The notes: generated by a model from the letters alone, not told the origin. A stretch of DNA of 62,825 nucleotides, filler included, from Stramenopiles sp. TOSAG23-3 (GCA_900128585.1; 17 parts of 17 records of this genome joined end to end with filler, not necessarily neighbours in it); one strand, 5' to 3'; counted from the first letter of the whole stretch, positions 12,297 to 23,859 are shown. Program-made: numbers and translations.

Positions 12297-14801
12297 ATGT
12301 TTGATCAACACCACGCGGAGGATGTTGGCCGGATCTTACTGCAAGCCCAGGACGACTTGAAGAAAGTGCGCGACCAGATTGCTGCTGGTGCAGCAAGCCC
12401 TGTTGATTTGGACAGGGTCCTTGAACGCGCAGAGTACGACCTACGGGCGAAGGCAGAGCTTGTCTTGAGCGCGGTGACCCAGAATACGGCCGCGTCGCTT
12501 CCGACGGTCACCACGCCAGACCCAAATGCGTCCAACAGAAACGTTCAGCAACGAAAAAGCAATAGAGTCGGGCGGGGCGACAGACGGGCGCCCACCACCT
12601 CACGTGTTAGGAAGAAAGTAGAGCACGCCCGCTCCATGGAATTCATACTGAACCCCACCAGCGACCAGGCGAGGGGCTACCTGCAGGACCGCTTTGGTAT
12701 CCCTGCCCCAAAGTCTGGGCACGGGGGGGACGCCACCCGGCGCAGGGCGGGACGAAACCAGGGAAGGGCCCGGGGGGGGGTCGCGGGGCCCCAAAACTCG
12801 TTGCCAAAGCGGAACCGCGTCGATCCTGCCGCACCACCCCCTGAGATTGCAGAAGAAGATATCCAGAAAGGGATGCTGAACTTAATCAATCGAGGGTTCA
12901 TACCCCCGAACGTGGACCTGTCCGCGGCGTTTTCACGCGGGCCCCCTCCCGTCACCCAGGCGCCGGTTCAGCTTCACGACTGGACGGAACAGTTTATGAA
13001 GACGCAGCCTTACACTTCTTCCTTTGGTTTCAATGCCGCTACGTTAAAGCTGGATGTTGCAAACCCGGTCCAGCAGAGAATGGGGCGAGCGCCACCCGCG
13101 CAGAGGGCGTCGCAGCTGCCCTCGAAGACCACGTTAGACCTTGGGCCGAACCCTCACTACGAGGGCATTCCACCCCCCAAACCATCGTTAACGGCGCCCC
13201 CGGTAGAGGCTTCTCCAACACCGCAGGGCGATGCGGCCGAAATAGACCGTATTCGCGGCTACAATGAGCTCCTGGACGAGTACAGCCTTCACCAATTTAT
13301 CATTCGCAAAGGGAAAACACTGACGACCACTCCAGAATTCAAATCCTTTCGCCGAACAAACCTTGCCCTCTGGGGCTCCATTACGTCGGTAATTACGTCT
13401 TTGGAACAAATTTTAGAACAATACCAAGTTCCTGTGGCGTACATCGACGGTAAAACAGTAGTTCAGCTAGCAGCGGACGAGCTCACCCAGCCGTCTACTG
13501 ATGATTTGCTGCAGTGCATCGTCAACATAGACCAAGTCAACACAATGCTGAAGATGCCGGGGCGCAGGTACGTCGGAGAGGAGGGCCCGGGGCTGGCAGC
13601 AACAAAAATTCAATCCATTTTTCGACGGCACATGAGCAGAACAAGTTACCTGAATTACCAAGAAGCGGCAAAGGCTGCCTCTGCCATACAAATTGGGTGG
13701 AGGCAGTCGCAAGAGTACTTTACCAACCGTGCGCGCCTTCGACAGAAACGGGACGACGAAGAGAACCGTTGGGACGATTTGACGAATACATTCCGGTCGC
13801 GGTGGGAAGAAATACAAGAGAAACGGAGAGTTGTAATTCACGTGCCCTCCATCTCACGGGAGGAACACCAGCGTTTGACCATTCCCCACTTTCAAATTCA
13901 GCAAAACTTGCAAATGAGTCGTTTGTGCGCTATCAACGACCCTTTGGTGGACATCATATACGTTGCACCTATGGAAATTGCAGAAGATGTGTTGGCCTAC
14001 TACGAGAAACTGCTGGAAGTCGGAGGTGTTGAGGACCCAAAAACAAGATTCAAAATTATTGTTCCAGAAAATTTAGAGAGATTTCCGTCGCATATGTCCC
14101 TCACGTCGATTTTGTTGTATTCTCCTCGCAGTATTAAGCGAATCCTTCGGTTTGTCAACGGGCGAGACTCGTACATTGTTCCAGGGAGTTTAGGACCAGA
14201 GGAGCGGCGGTTGGCTCTGAGGCTTAACATCCCCATATTAGGCCCGGAACCATCGGTTGCCAGCTTGTACGCCACCAAGAGCGGTAGTAAGCGCCTGTTT
14301 GCCCTTGCGGATATGAACACTCCACCGGGGGCCCACGACTTGTACGAAGAAGAGGAAATTCATTCGGCGCTCGCCAAACTAATTGCCGCCTATATCGACG
14401 TTCCTCGGTGGATTTTTAAGATCGACGATGAGTTTGGTGGCCGTGGCCACGCATATTTTGACGTTGTGAACCTGAAACAAGTAGTAAAGCTCCGAAACGA
14501 AAGGGCAAAATTTTCAAAAGCAGACCAAGGTTATTGGGGACGCCCGGAAGTTCAAGAGGGGGCAAGGATGAGATTGATTGAGAATCTAAGGACGGTCCTG
14601 AAGCAAAAAGTAGTGTTGGCTGGACCAGAAGTTTACAAAGACTGGAAGCGCTACGTGAAAACGTTCACACGCGTGGGGGGGGTCATCGAGGCTTGCCCTC
14701 TAGACGTTAGAGGGAGCCCGTCAGCAAATTTGCTGATTGAACCGAGCGGTTCGATCACTTTGATATCTACGCAAGACCAAATATTTGCCACTCCCTTCCG
14801 A
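12297..14801 (+). CDS. IQCH: IQ motif-containing protein H homolog; 3' truncated
   Basis: IQ motifs (AATKIQSIFRRH, AASAIQIGWR), plus RVVIHVPS, DPLVDIIYVAP, SKRLFALADMNTPPG, WIFKIDDEFGGRGHAY and GGVIEACP, which match the IQCH family as recalled. Confidence 0.8.
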
Positions 14802-14901
14802 NNNNNNNNNNNNNNNNNNNNNNNNNNNNNNNNNNNNNNNNNNNNTTAATTAATTAANNNNNNNNNNNNNNNNNNNNNNNNNNNNNNNNNNNNNNNNNNN
14901 N

Positions 14902-15355
14902 CCGCCGCTCCGCTCCGCCCCCGCTGCCCCGCCCCGCTCCCGCTGCTGCCCCCCCCCTCGTGCGCCGACTTTTTCTTGAGGTCCCCCGAATACGAGGGAG
15001 CGTGCCGAAGGAAGCCGACGTACGGGTTCTCCTGCGCTATTTTCTGTGGAAGGACCCGCCGCTGGGTGGCCAGGGGCGAGGTGGGGGGGCCAAACTCTTC
15101 GTTCTTGTAACTTCCAAACGTTCCCACGTACGCGCTGTTCTTGAAGCGCTGGGAGAGCCGGTGGCGTTGCTTCGTGGGGGAGAATGACGTGTTTACGGTC
15201 TGAAGCGATGGTTCCGAAGAGGCGAACGACGAGTCCCGAGCAACGGTGGAGGTGGAGGACGCCGTCGACTCGGAGACGGTCCTGCCCACCCCCGCCATGG
15301 TCGGCTCCTCCGCGACGGCGGTCCCGGTCCCTAATACGGAAACGTCTGCTAACAT
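14902..15355 (-). CDS. N-terminus of a hypothetical protein; 3' truncated
   Basis: ATG at the AT-to-GC transition, GC-rich open frame running into the linker. Confidence 0.5.
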
Positions 15356-15869
15356 AATGTCTATAGCGTTCGTTGGTATAGGCTGGTTGTTATTTACAAA
15401 GTAGTGTTCGGTCGGTCGGTCGGTGGGCGAGTCAGTATTTTCTATATGCCAGGCCGTCCGTCCGTTTTCGGGGTGTCTGAATGAACACTAACGCTTCCGT
15501 GGGCGGGACTGTTGCAGTTCGGGCACACGTTCGGATTTTTGGTGTGGGTATTAGTATTGTACCCGTCGTGCTTGGTAGATATTGCTTGCTGACTCCAGAG
15601 TAAGAGCCCGTTCCTTACTAGTATATATACAGTGAAAATGAAACTAAAAGAGAAGAAAGAACGTGCGTGTTTCAATATGTTCAAACGTTTAAGTAAACAA
15701 AAAGAAATGAAAACGTTCCAAAAGACGTCGTTCGAGTATGTTTTTGCTTCTGTCTGTATCTATCTCTATCTACTCTCTTTAATCGTTCGCTTTTAGTCAT
15801 TACCCCGTCCGCGGCAGTTGAAGAAAGAAAGAAATCAAAAAAAAAAAAAGCATTTTTTTTTTCAATAAT

Positions 15870-16070
15870 TTTCTTCTTTCTTCTTCTTTTGTTTTCTTTC
15901 TTCTTCTTTCTTCTTCTTTCTTCTTCTTTCTTCTTCTTTCTTCTTCTCTTCTTATTATTTCTTCTTCTTTCTTCTTCTTCTCTTCTTCTTTCTTCTTCTT
16001 CTTCTTTCTTCTTCTTCTTTCTTCTTCTTCTTCTTCTTCTTCTTCTTCTTTCTTCTTTCTTCTTCTTCTT
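15870..16070. repeat. (TTC)n/(TTTC)n microsatellite
   Basis: About 200 nt of near-pure TTC/TTTC. Confidence 0.95.
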
Positions 16071-16470
16071 AAAATTTGAAATTTAATTAATATAGAAATA
16101 ACATGGAAATTGAAAAACCGTTTGGGTTAGTTTATTATTATATAGGAATAGTATGTAATTATAAGGAAGAAGATGGAATAGGAAGAAGAAGAAGACTTCA
16201 ATAAAAAGAAAGTCATCCTATTCTATTCCTATCCTATTTCTATGTAATGTATTAGAAAGAAGATCCGTGATGAGAGAAGCATAAATAACTAAATAATTAA
16301 AAACAAAGAAAGTTCTTTAATTAGAGTTCAGATTAGGGCAGAAAAACACAAAGAAAGTTCTTTAATTGGTTAGGTTGAATAATGTATTATACAATTAAAT
16401 GATAAAAGCTAGCATTATGTTTATTATCATACACAATTATACTTATTTCAGTATTCAACAATATCAAAAA

Positions 16471-16588
16471 AGAATACTACGATATATTAGCCTGCACAGG
16501 ATCAATGGTATGTGTATGTATTTGAACCAGAATACTACGATATATTACACTGCACAGCATCAATAGTATGTGTATGTATTTGAACCAG
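16471..16588. repeat. 58-bp tandem duplication
   Basis: AGAATACTACGATATATTA...TGTGTATGTATTTGAACC occurs twice with few substitutions. Confidence 0.9.
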
Positions 16589-16673
16589 GCGTTGACAGTG
16601 AAATAAGTATACAAATATGTGTATTATTATTGTTTACTTTATTCCTATCGAACCATACAATAAAATCGTTCTT

Positions 16674-17082
16674 AAATCGTACTTATAATATACTTTAGTA
16701 TACAATAATTTCCTATACAAACAGATAAATGCAATGAAATACATATTAAACTAAACTACACAGTGTTAATGTTATTTCTATATATAAATACAAATATAAT
16801 TGTACTTATAATGTATTTTAGTATGCAATCATTTCCTATACAAACAGATAAATGCAATGAAATACATATTAAACTACAGTACACAGCGTTAATCTTATTT
16901 CTATGTATAAATACAAATCCAAATCGTACTTGTAATGTACTTTAGTATACATTAATTTCCTATACAAACAGATAAATGAAATACATATTAAACTACACTA
17001 CACAGTGTTAATGTTATTTCTATCTATAAATACAAATATAATTGTAGTTATAATATATTTTAGTATACATTAATTCCCTATA
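16674..17082. repeat. ~120-bp AT-rich minisatellite, ~3.3 copies
   Basis: The core TTTCCTATACAAACAGATAAATG...AAATACATATTAAACTA recurs. Units start near 16674, 16797, 16921 and 17040. Confidence 0.9.
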
Positions 17083-17545
17083 TATACATTGATATCGCTC
17101 CGCCGTCCAATTCTTTCTTTCAGTTAATTTTAATTAACTCTTTCCTTCCTATTTGTTCAAAGTATGTAAAGTGTGTACAATTGTATTGTATGGTTTATCT
17201 GTTTAACCTAATGTACATGGTATAAAATCCAATATTATATTTAATGTTTTAATGTTTTAATTTTAATTTAAAAAATTAAATATGAATAAAGGTTTAATAG
17301 GTACATACCATAGGAATAGAAGAAAAAAAGAAAGAAAAATCCAGAAAAAAAAAAAAAAAACGAAGAAAGAAAGAAAGGAAAAAAAGGAAACAGGTCGTTT
17401 CCTTTTCCTTTTCCATTTGCACGATCACAATTCTATTCAAGAAAGAAATGGTTTCCACCGCGTGTACCTTGGTCGTCTTTTTCCATTGCATCCTCTTTAT
17501 TTTGTTGCTGTAGTTGCTGTTGTATCAGACGAATTAATAATAATA

Positions 17546-18371
17546 ATGTTTCTTTCTTCGCTCGCAAGGTACGGTATGGTGGCCGGGCGGGTGGCGGCCC
17601 GTCGTCCGGGCGCCGCCGCCGTCGCTGCCGCCGGTGGGTCGTCCCGGTCGTTTTCGGACCAGTTCAACAAACACAGGCACACGGAGGACAACAACGACAA
17701 CACCCCGTTCGACTTTTCTGCAGAGAACTACGACAAGGTAAACATAATCTTGTCCAAGTACCCAGAGAACTACAAGGCGAGTGCCACGATACCGTTGCTG
17801 GACCTGGCCCAGCGCCAGAACGGGAACTTCTTGACGTTGAAGGCCATGGACAAGGTGGCCGAGCTGTTAGAGTTGGCGCCCATGCGCGTGTACGAGGTCG
17901 CGACGTTCTACACCATGTTCAATAGGGAAAAGGTCGGAAAATATTTTATACAGTTGTGCGGCACTACCCCGTGCATGATTTGCGGGTCCGAGGAGATCAA
18001 AGAGACAATTTGTGACCACTTAGGGATACAGAACAACGAGACCACCGCGGACGGCCTCTTCACGCTGCGCGAGGTCGAGTGCCTCGGCGCGTGCTCGAAC
18101 GCCCCCATGGTGCAGCTGAACGACGATTTTTACGAAAACTTGACCCCAGAGACCACCAGGCAAATGCTCGACGCCTGCGCCGCTGGGAAAGCGCCCCCGT
18201 TGACCAAGTGGGGAAGTTTGCCCATGAACGGGCAGCTGAGCTGCGAGGGGCCGCAGGGGAAAAGCAACTTGTTCGACCCCCCCCCACAAGCCGGGCCATG
18301 GCTTTAGGAAGGACTTTGACGATTTGCCCAAAGTCGACCCCAAGAGCGTCAAGGAGCACATGGGCTACTAG
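17546..18371 (+). CDS. NDUFV2: NADH:ubiquinone oxidoreductase 24 kDa subunit with mitochondrial presequence; apparent 1-nt frameshift in C9 run at 18277-18285
   Basis: YEVATFYTMFNR, CGTTPCMICG and EVECLGACSNAP supply the 2Fe-2S ligands. The N-terminus from ATG 17546 is Arg/Ala/Ser-rich. As assembled the ORF stops at 18307. Removing one C gives ...FRKDFDDLPKVDPKSVKEHMGY* ending at 18371. Confidence 0.95.
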
Positions 18372-18615
18372 GCGGCCCGAAAGAAGGGCCGTCGAGGACC
18401 AATGCACCACCCCTTCGTGTTAATTGAATTGGTTTTAAACAAAAATCTTTCCAAAGGTTCGTAAAAATTAACAAGTATCATATACATAAGATATTTTTTA
18501 ATTTAAAAACAAGAANNNNNNNNNNNNNNNNNNNNNNNNNNNNNNNNNNNNNNNNNNNNTTAATTAATTAANNNNNNNNNNNNNNNNNNNNNNNNNNNNN
18601 NNNNNNNNNNNNNNN

Positions 18616-19806
18616 GGAGGGGATGCGTACAAGGCCGACTTCAAGGTGATAGACTACACCAAATTCAAAGTCAACGCAGTCAGCGATGCCCAGGACCCGC
18701 CCGACCGCCTGTGCACGGAGCTGAAACCCATGAGCGCGGACGAGAACAACCTCGCCACGCGCAAAGAGGCGCGGGAAAAGTGCATCAAGGAGAAGAAATT
18801 CATCTGGTGCGACCAGGTCCCGTTCCCGACCGTGGTCGGCGACGGACGGTGCGACGAGGAAAACAATTTAGAGGGCTGCTGGGACGGCGGGGATTGCTGC
18901 AGGAGCACGTGCGTCGACGGGCGGTACTCGTGCGGTGTAAACTCCTTCGACAGCTGCCACGCCGGGTTTAAGAAACATTTGCGGTGCGACGTGCGCTCCG
19001 GCATTAAGTTTTTGTCGCCAGGTGAGGAGGTGGAGTCGGTGACGATCCCATCCATAGACTGGCAGTGGGGGCCGCCCCAGGCGTCGACGTGGAAGTACCT
19101 GAACGCGTCCGGCAAGATGACGGAGTTCAAACACTTTGCCCTGTTCATCAATGGGTTCATGCACATCTCCAATGGCGGGGAGTACACCTTCTGCCTTTCG
19201 TCGGACGACGGGTCGGTCTTGTACATTGACAGCATGCACAAAGAATTCGTGAACAACGCGAAGAACCATGGCATGAAAGAAATCTGCGAGACCAAATGGA
19301 TGTCGGCGGGTTTTCATCCCATCAGCCTCAAGTACCACCAAGCCGGCCAGTACTGTGGCCTGACCCTGGACGTGGAGGGCCCTGCCTACCTGGATAAAGA
19401 AAAGTTCGGAAAGTCCCGCATTCGAGAATCATGGATTTGGTGGGCAGACGTTTGCCCGACAGGTTTCCCGACCTGCAGTGGCCACGGAAAGTGCGTCACA
19501 GAGTACACCGACAGAGACTACGGCGTGCCGTACAACCACACCTGCAGCTGCCACGAATGGTACGTGGCGAGCGCCGGAACGTGCGTCGACATCCCAGCGG
19601 GCGAAAAGCTTCTTCCACAAGGAAACGGGTGGGAAATTTTTACGATCATTTTGCTGAGCCTGATGGGGATTGGGGTGATCGTGTGTGCTTGGAAGCGTGA
19701 AATGATCAAGCGCTACCTGCTGAGCACGCTCGCAAGCGCAAGGTTCTACCAGCACGTCGAGCCGTTAAATGGTGGGAAAGACGATAGGATCACAACTGAA
19801 CTGTAA
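18616..19806 (+). CDS. Type I membrane protein with LNR/Notch-like repeat, PA14 domain, EGF-like domain and TM helix; 5' truncated
   Basis: GDGRCDEENNLEGCWDGGDCC (LNR-like), GEYTFCLSSDDGSVLYID (PA14), CSGHGKC...CSC (EGF-like) and IFTIILLSLMGIGVIVCAW (TM). Confidence 0.8.
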   Translation, partial: GGDAYKADFKVIDYTKFKVNAVSDAQDPPDRLCTELKPMSADENNLATRKEAREKCIKEKKFIWCDQVPFPTVVGDGRCDEENNLEGCWDGGDCCRSTCVDGRYSCGVNSFDSCHAGFKKHLRCDVRSGIKFLSPGEEVESVTIPSIDWQWGPPQASTWKYLNASGKMTEFKHFALFINGFMHISNGGEYTFCLSSDDGSVLYIDSMHKEFVNNAKNHGMKEICETKWMSAGFHPISLKYHQAGQYCGLTLDVEGPAYLDKEKFGKSRIRESWIWWADVCPTGFPTCSGHGKCVTEYTDRDYGVPYNHTCSCHEWYVASAGTCVDIPAGEKLLPQGNGWEIFTIILLSLMGIGVIVCAWKREMIKRYLLSTLASARFYQHVEPLNGGKDDRITTEL

Positions 19807-20388
19807 ACGGGAAAGGTGAGGGGAAACGTACACAAAATACGTCACAAAAAATAAGTGTACTCATATTTTAAAAAATTTAAGAACACGAAAATTGGCTGTT
19901 ATTTCGTCTAAGTAAATTAAAATTAATGTACTGCGAACTGAGAACTCTACGGGTAATTAAAAATCTTAAATTCGAGAGAAGTTTTAATATTCATATAGAC
20001 ACAGCAAAAGAAAGCAACTTATTTCTTCCAGAAGATTTTAAAATAAGAATTAATTATTAAAAACTCTCCTTCTTCATACTCCGATGTAAAAGTAAAAGTT
20101 CTTCTTAGTCGTCTAAAAAATAATATTAAAAATTACATTGTTGTTTTTGTTTTTAGACTAAGAAGAAGAAAGCGACGATGAAGCGCTTATAATATATTAC
20201 AAATAAATCCGTTATAATAATAATATACTAATACAATAAGTTTAGAACAATAAGTTTAGAAGAAGTTTTATTGAAAAATTCTATCTACCACAATTTTCAA
20301 CCATTGTTTGGCACACATACTGATCGGGCAAACGGCCATTTCGTGCAGTACATTTTTCTGGCGCGCCTTTGTTCAATAAATAGATGAA

Positions 20389-21807
20389 ATGTCGTTGGGG
20401 CAATTGAAATCGAAATTGCTTCCGTCCGGGGGTCTGCCGATACGGCAACGACTTTTGCCGGCGGATTATGCCGATGCTGGGGACGATGACGAGGGTATGA
20501 AGCGGGCATTGAGGGAAGAGGCCCGAAAGCACTTGGAAGGGCAGATCAAAGGGCTGAAGGAAGGGATTTTGAGTCGAGACACGAAGACCATACTAAAAGC
20601 GTACGAGAAAGAGATGATGAAGGTTTCAATGATGAAGAACTCTTCCTTGGGCGCTCAAGTGATGTCGCAGAAACGTTCTGCTCCCTCCTTGATCATGTCT
20701 CAATCAAACATAAAATCGGAACCGGAACTAATAGTCTACAACAAACGGGAGATACCTTCGTCCGCAGCATACTTGCTGAAGTCAACCATGCTCCAGGACA
20801 CTTGCGGGGGCAAGTTTAGCACCGCAAACGTGCCCGGGTTCATTACCCTGGCGCAACGGAAAGGGAAGCAGCTTCCCGGTCCGTCGGAGTACGGGGACGT
20901 GTCCAAGTCGAAAGGGGTAAGCGGCGGAAAGTTCAATAGTGCAAACGTGCCCGGCTTCATCCACCAAGCGCAGAGGATTGGGAAGACGCTGCCGTCGTCG
21001 CTGGATTACACACCCTCCCACCGAGTGACTCCTACAGGCAAAAAGCCGACTGGAAACGTAGCAAAATTCTCAAACTCAAACTCAAAATCTGACGTCGATT
21101 GGCTGGTCTACTATGCACAACAGATTCCCGGTCCGGGGGCTTACGACGTGGACAAACGGGATGGCATCGGCAGACGAAAGAAGGGTCAAAAATTTTCGAC
21201 TTCGTTCAACATAAAGTCCTTCGCGGAAGAAGCGATTTGCAAAACGATGGATGTCCCGGGGCCAAAGTATGTCCCGGGCATGGCGGACGAGGGCAAGGAC
21301 GGGTTTTTGTGGGATGTTGGGGGGCTGACAAAGTATTCCACGTCCGTGGACCAGCTTGTTCGGGCGGCCAACAAAGACAAACGAAGAAAAGTTCCAAAAT
21401 ACCGTACCCAACAAAAGAAAGTGCGGGAGTTGGCGAAGAGTAAACGGCGCAAAGCATACTTAGACTCGGTGCGAGAAGAGGAAGCGAAGAAAGAAAAAGA
21501 CTACAAACGAAAGCACCGGAGGAGATTTTTGACATACACAAGCCCCTACTCTTCGTTAACAGATCTAACGACTCGACCAAGTTCCCCGTCGAGCCCGTCA
21601 AGCCCAGTGAAACTGCAGCCACTCCCAGGGGAAAGGGTGGAAGGAAAGGGTGGGAAAATGGGGCGGAATAGAAAGAAAAAGTGGAAAGGAAAACATTCTA
21701 GGAAGTACATGACCATTAAAGAGACCATAAAAATGTCCAGGAAAATGCTCCAAGAGGAAGAGCAGAGGAAAAAGAATGAAAAGCTCATGAACCCGACTAG
21801 CAAGTGA
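20389..21807 (+). CDS. SHIPPO/ODF3-like PGP-repeat ciliary protein
   Basis: Repeats LPGPSEY, IPGPGAYDV and VPGPKY, each preceded by a GGKFS/AKFS-type motif. Confidence 0.65.
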   Translation: MSLGQLKSKLLPSGGLPIRQRLLPADYADAGDDDEGMKRALREEARKHLEGQIKGLKEGILSRDTKTILKAYEKEMMKVSMMKNSSLGAQVMSQKRSAPSLIMSQSNIKSEPELIVYNKREIPSSAAYLLKSTMLQDTCGGKFSTANVPGFITLAQRKGKQLPGPSEYGDVSKSKGVSGGKFNSANVPGFIHQAQRIGKTLPSSLDYTPSHRVTPTGKKPTGNVAKFSNSNSKSDVDWLVYYAQQIPGPGAYDVDKRDGIGRRKKGQKFSTSFNIKSFAEEAICKTMDVPGPKYVPGMADEGKDGFLWDVGGLTKYSTSVDQLVRAANKDKRRKVPKYRTQQKKVRELAKSKRRKAYLDSVREEEAKKEKDYKRKHRRRFLTYTSPYSSLTDLTTRPSSPSSPSSPVKLQPLPGERVEGKGGKMGRNRKKKWKGKHSRKYMTIKETIKMSRKMLQEEEQRKKNEKLMNPTSK

Positions 21808-22111
21808 CCCAGCCATCTAAAAAAGTAATAAAAAATGGAAGAAACCAGTCCAAGTTTGTTAGTTTCCTATGAATATAAATGTGTATTTGTTTATCATACT
21901 TATATTAATAACAGCCAATTTTCTTGTTTTACTTATTAATAGACGACATCCTGTTGACTGATGACTACTACCGGTACCGTGTACCTACCGGTACGAACGG
22001 TTTAAAAAAACCAGGTACAGGTACCTTTACCAGGTATTAAATACCGTACGGTTATACCCAGGTAGGTATTGAACTTTGCACGATTAGCTGACAGGGGGTG
22101 GGGGTAGGGGG

Positions 22112-22222
22112 TACCAACTTGTTTAATGCTGTGTTTATATTAATAAGTTTACAGTATAATCAGAGCATACAATATAATGTTAGGGATGAGGGAATATAAA
22201 CACAGCATTAAACAAGTTGGTA
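22112..22222. mobile_element. MITE-like fold-back element with 30-bp perfect inverted repeat
   Basis: TACCAACTTGTTTAATGCTGTGTTTATATT (22112-22141) is the exact reverse complement of 22193-22222. There is TA at both ends. Confidence 0.6.
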
Positions 22223-22327
22223 AAAAANNNNNNNNNNNNNNNNNNNNNNNNNNNNNNNNNNNNNNNNNNNNTTAATTAATTAANNNNNNNNNNNNNNNNN
22301 NNNNNNNNNNNNNNNNNNNNNNNNNNN

Positions 22328-23119
22328 TCTGGTGTGAACGCTGTGGAGTTGAAAAAGTGCAGCGCCGAACGGAAGTGGAACGGGCAAGCCTTTCAAAAGG
22401 TTTACAAACAAGGTCTTGTCTGGTCGGTCAACTCTGTCCCGAAGGATACATTTGGGCACGATTTGTACATTCAGACAGAAAAAGTGGGGGACAAGCACTT
22501 GCCCTGGTTGAACAAAAATTTAATCTATGCCATCTCCAAAAAGACGCTGTACGGATTGGACTGCCACCAAGACAAAAGCACGTATTTGTGCCGTTACCTT
22601 TGTAACCCAGACAGGGACCGCAGCTTCATCGTCGTGTTTGGCCACAAGACTACCCGCGAGCAGCAGTACAGGGTTAACCTGGTGAAGGAAGCCCAAGGCG
22701 AAGGAGAAAAGCCAAAAGTTTTCTTGAAGAGCATTGAGCGGGCAAGTACAAAAGGAGACACACAGTTGAAGTTTACCATCCAACGGCCAAGGGACCCGGT
22801 CTACTTCGAGGGCGAGGAAAAGCCAGCCCCAGAGCTGGCCCCGAGCCATGCCTCCCTGCTTACTGACGTCACGTGGGAACAAATGATTCTTCACGGAACG
22901 CAGGAGCAGGAAATGGAAAAGTTGGTTGAAAAGTCGAACGGAAAGTTGCAAGCCAACGCGAAGGGACAAGAGAAAAAAATGTTGAGAAACGCCCAAGAGC
23001 AGGAAAACGCTTTCTTTGCCCAAGCAAAGGCCCAGGAAGGCAAAATGATGGAGCAAAAGGTTACCTCGAAATTTCAGCGACGCCGATTGCTGGAAGCCCA
23101 GCCAAAGATTCAATGTTAA
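22328..23119 (+). CDS. Hypothetical protein, C-terminal part
   Basis: Open frame from the contig start with coding-like composition and Q/E/K-rich C-terminal quasi-repeats. Confidence 0.6.
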   Translation, partial: SGVNAVELKKCSAERKWNGQAFQKVYKQGLVWSVNSVPKDTFGHDLYIQTEKVGDKHLPWLNKNLIYAISKKTLYGLDCHQDKSTYLCRYLCNPDRDRSFIVVFGHKTTREQQYRVNLVKEAQGEGEKPKVFLKSIERASTKGDTQLKFTIQRPRDPVYFEGEEKPAPELAPSHASLLTDVTWEQMILHGTQEQEMEKLVEKSNGKLQANAKGQEKKMLRNAQEQENAFFAQAKAQEGKMMEQKVTSKFQRRRLLEAQPKIQC

Positions 23120-23238
23120 ACTGTCGTTTCCAAGGAGGCGCCATATTCTGTGACATTATTGCATGTTGCCGTACCGGTTGAGTTTAATTCGTCGTACCCT
23201 AATTTATTTTATATTTTATCATCACTTTTTAAAACCTT

Positions 23239-23300
23239 AAAACAAGAAAATTGGCTGTTATTTAAGTAGTTAAAATTAATGTCAAACACTGCGAACTGAA
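23239..23300 (+). repeat. Dispersed repeat AAAACAAGAAAATTGGCTGTTATTTAAGTA...
   Basis: Other copies at 19879-19942(+), 21907-21930(-), 48715-48757(+) and 49055-49100(-). Partial copies lie at contig ends 18505-18515 and 55572-55580. Confidence 0.9.
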
Positions 23301-23859
23301 ATCTAGATAGGTTTGCATTCCTTCATGGACTGCGAACTTAACTGTCATTCTCAGATTAATTCTCCATCTCTTGATGATCTGAATCAGTCTAGATGGATTA
23401 ACACTGCTTTCAAATGAACCGTAATCAACTTCCTCATCCGATATCTCACACATATGATAACATAGGTGACTCAGTCCTTGTATGTTATCATACGATTTTC
23501 CAAGCAGCGGCTTAATAGTTTTAAAAACCTTTTCCTAAAATTTATTTGTAATTTTAAATTATGATCAACGCACTAAAAATTAATGCAAATTAAATTAGAG
23601 ACAGCAACAGCAGTAAAAAGAAATTGGTTAAACAAATAACATCGTCGATTTGCTTTTAAAAAACTCAATGATTCTTAAATCTCCCTCTTTTTTAAAAAAA
23701 CCAAAAGAGATTGTGAAATTCAAAATGCACCGAGATATTCATACCCCCGAGTTTACCCTATATTTGGCCATTGTCTAGTAGCGTTTTTTTTATTGGCGCG
23801 TTCTCGGCAAAGTGGTAAATCACAAACCCTAAGCCCAGCGATGCTCCTCGGCTAGCGTT

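Noticed and set aside
16303-16588. CRISPR-like repeat-spacer pattern
   Set aside because: Only two copies per repeat, tandem rather than spacer-separated, no cas genes, and a eukaryotic context.
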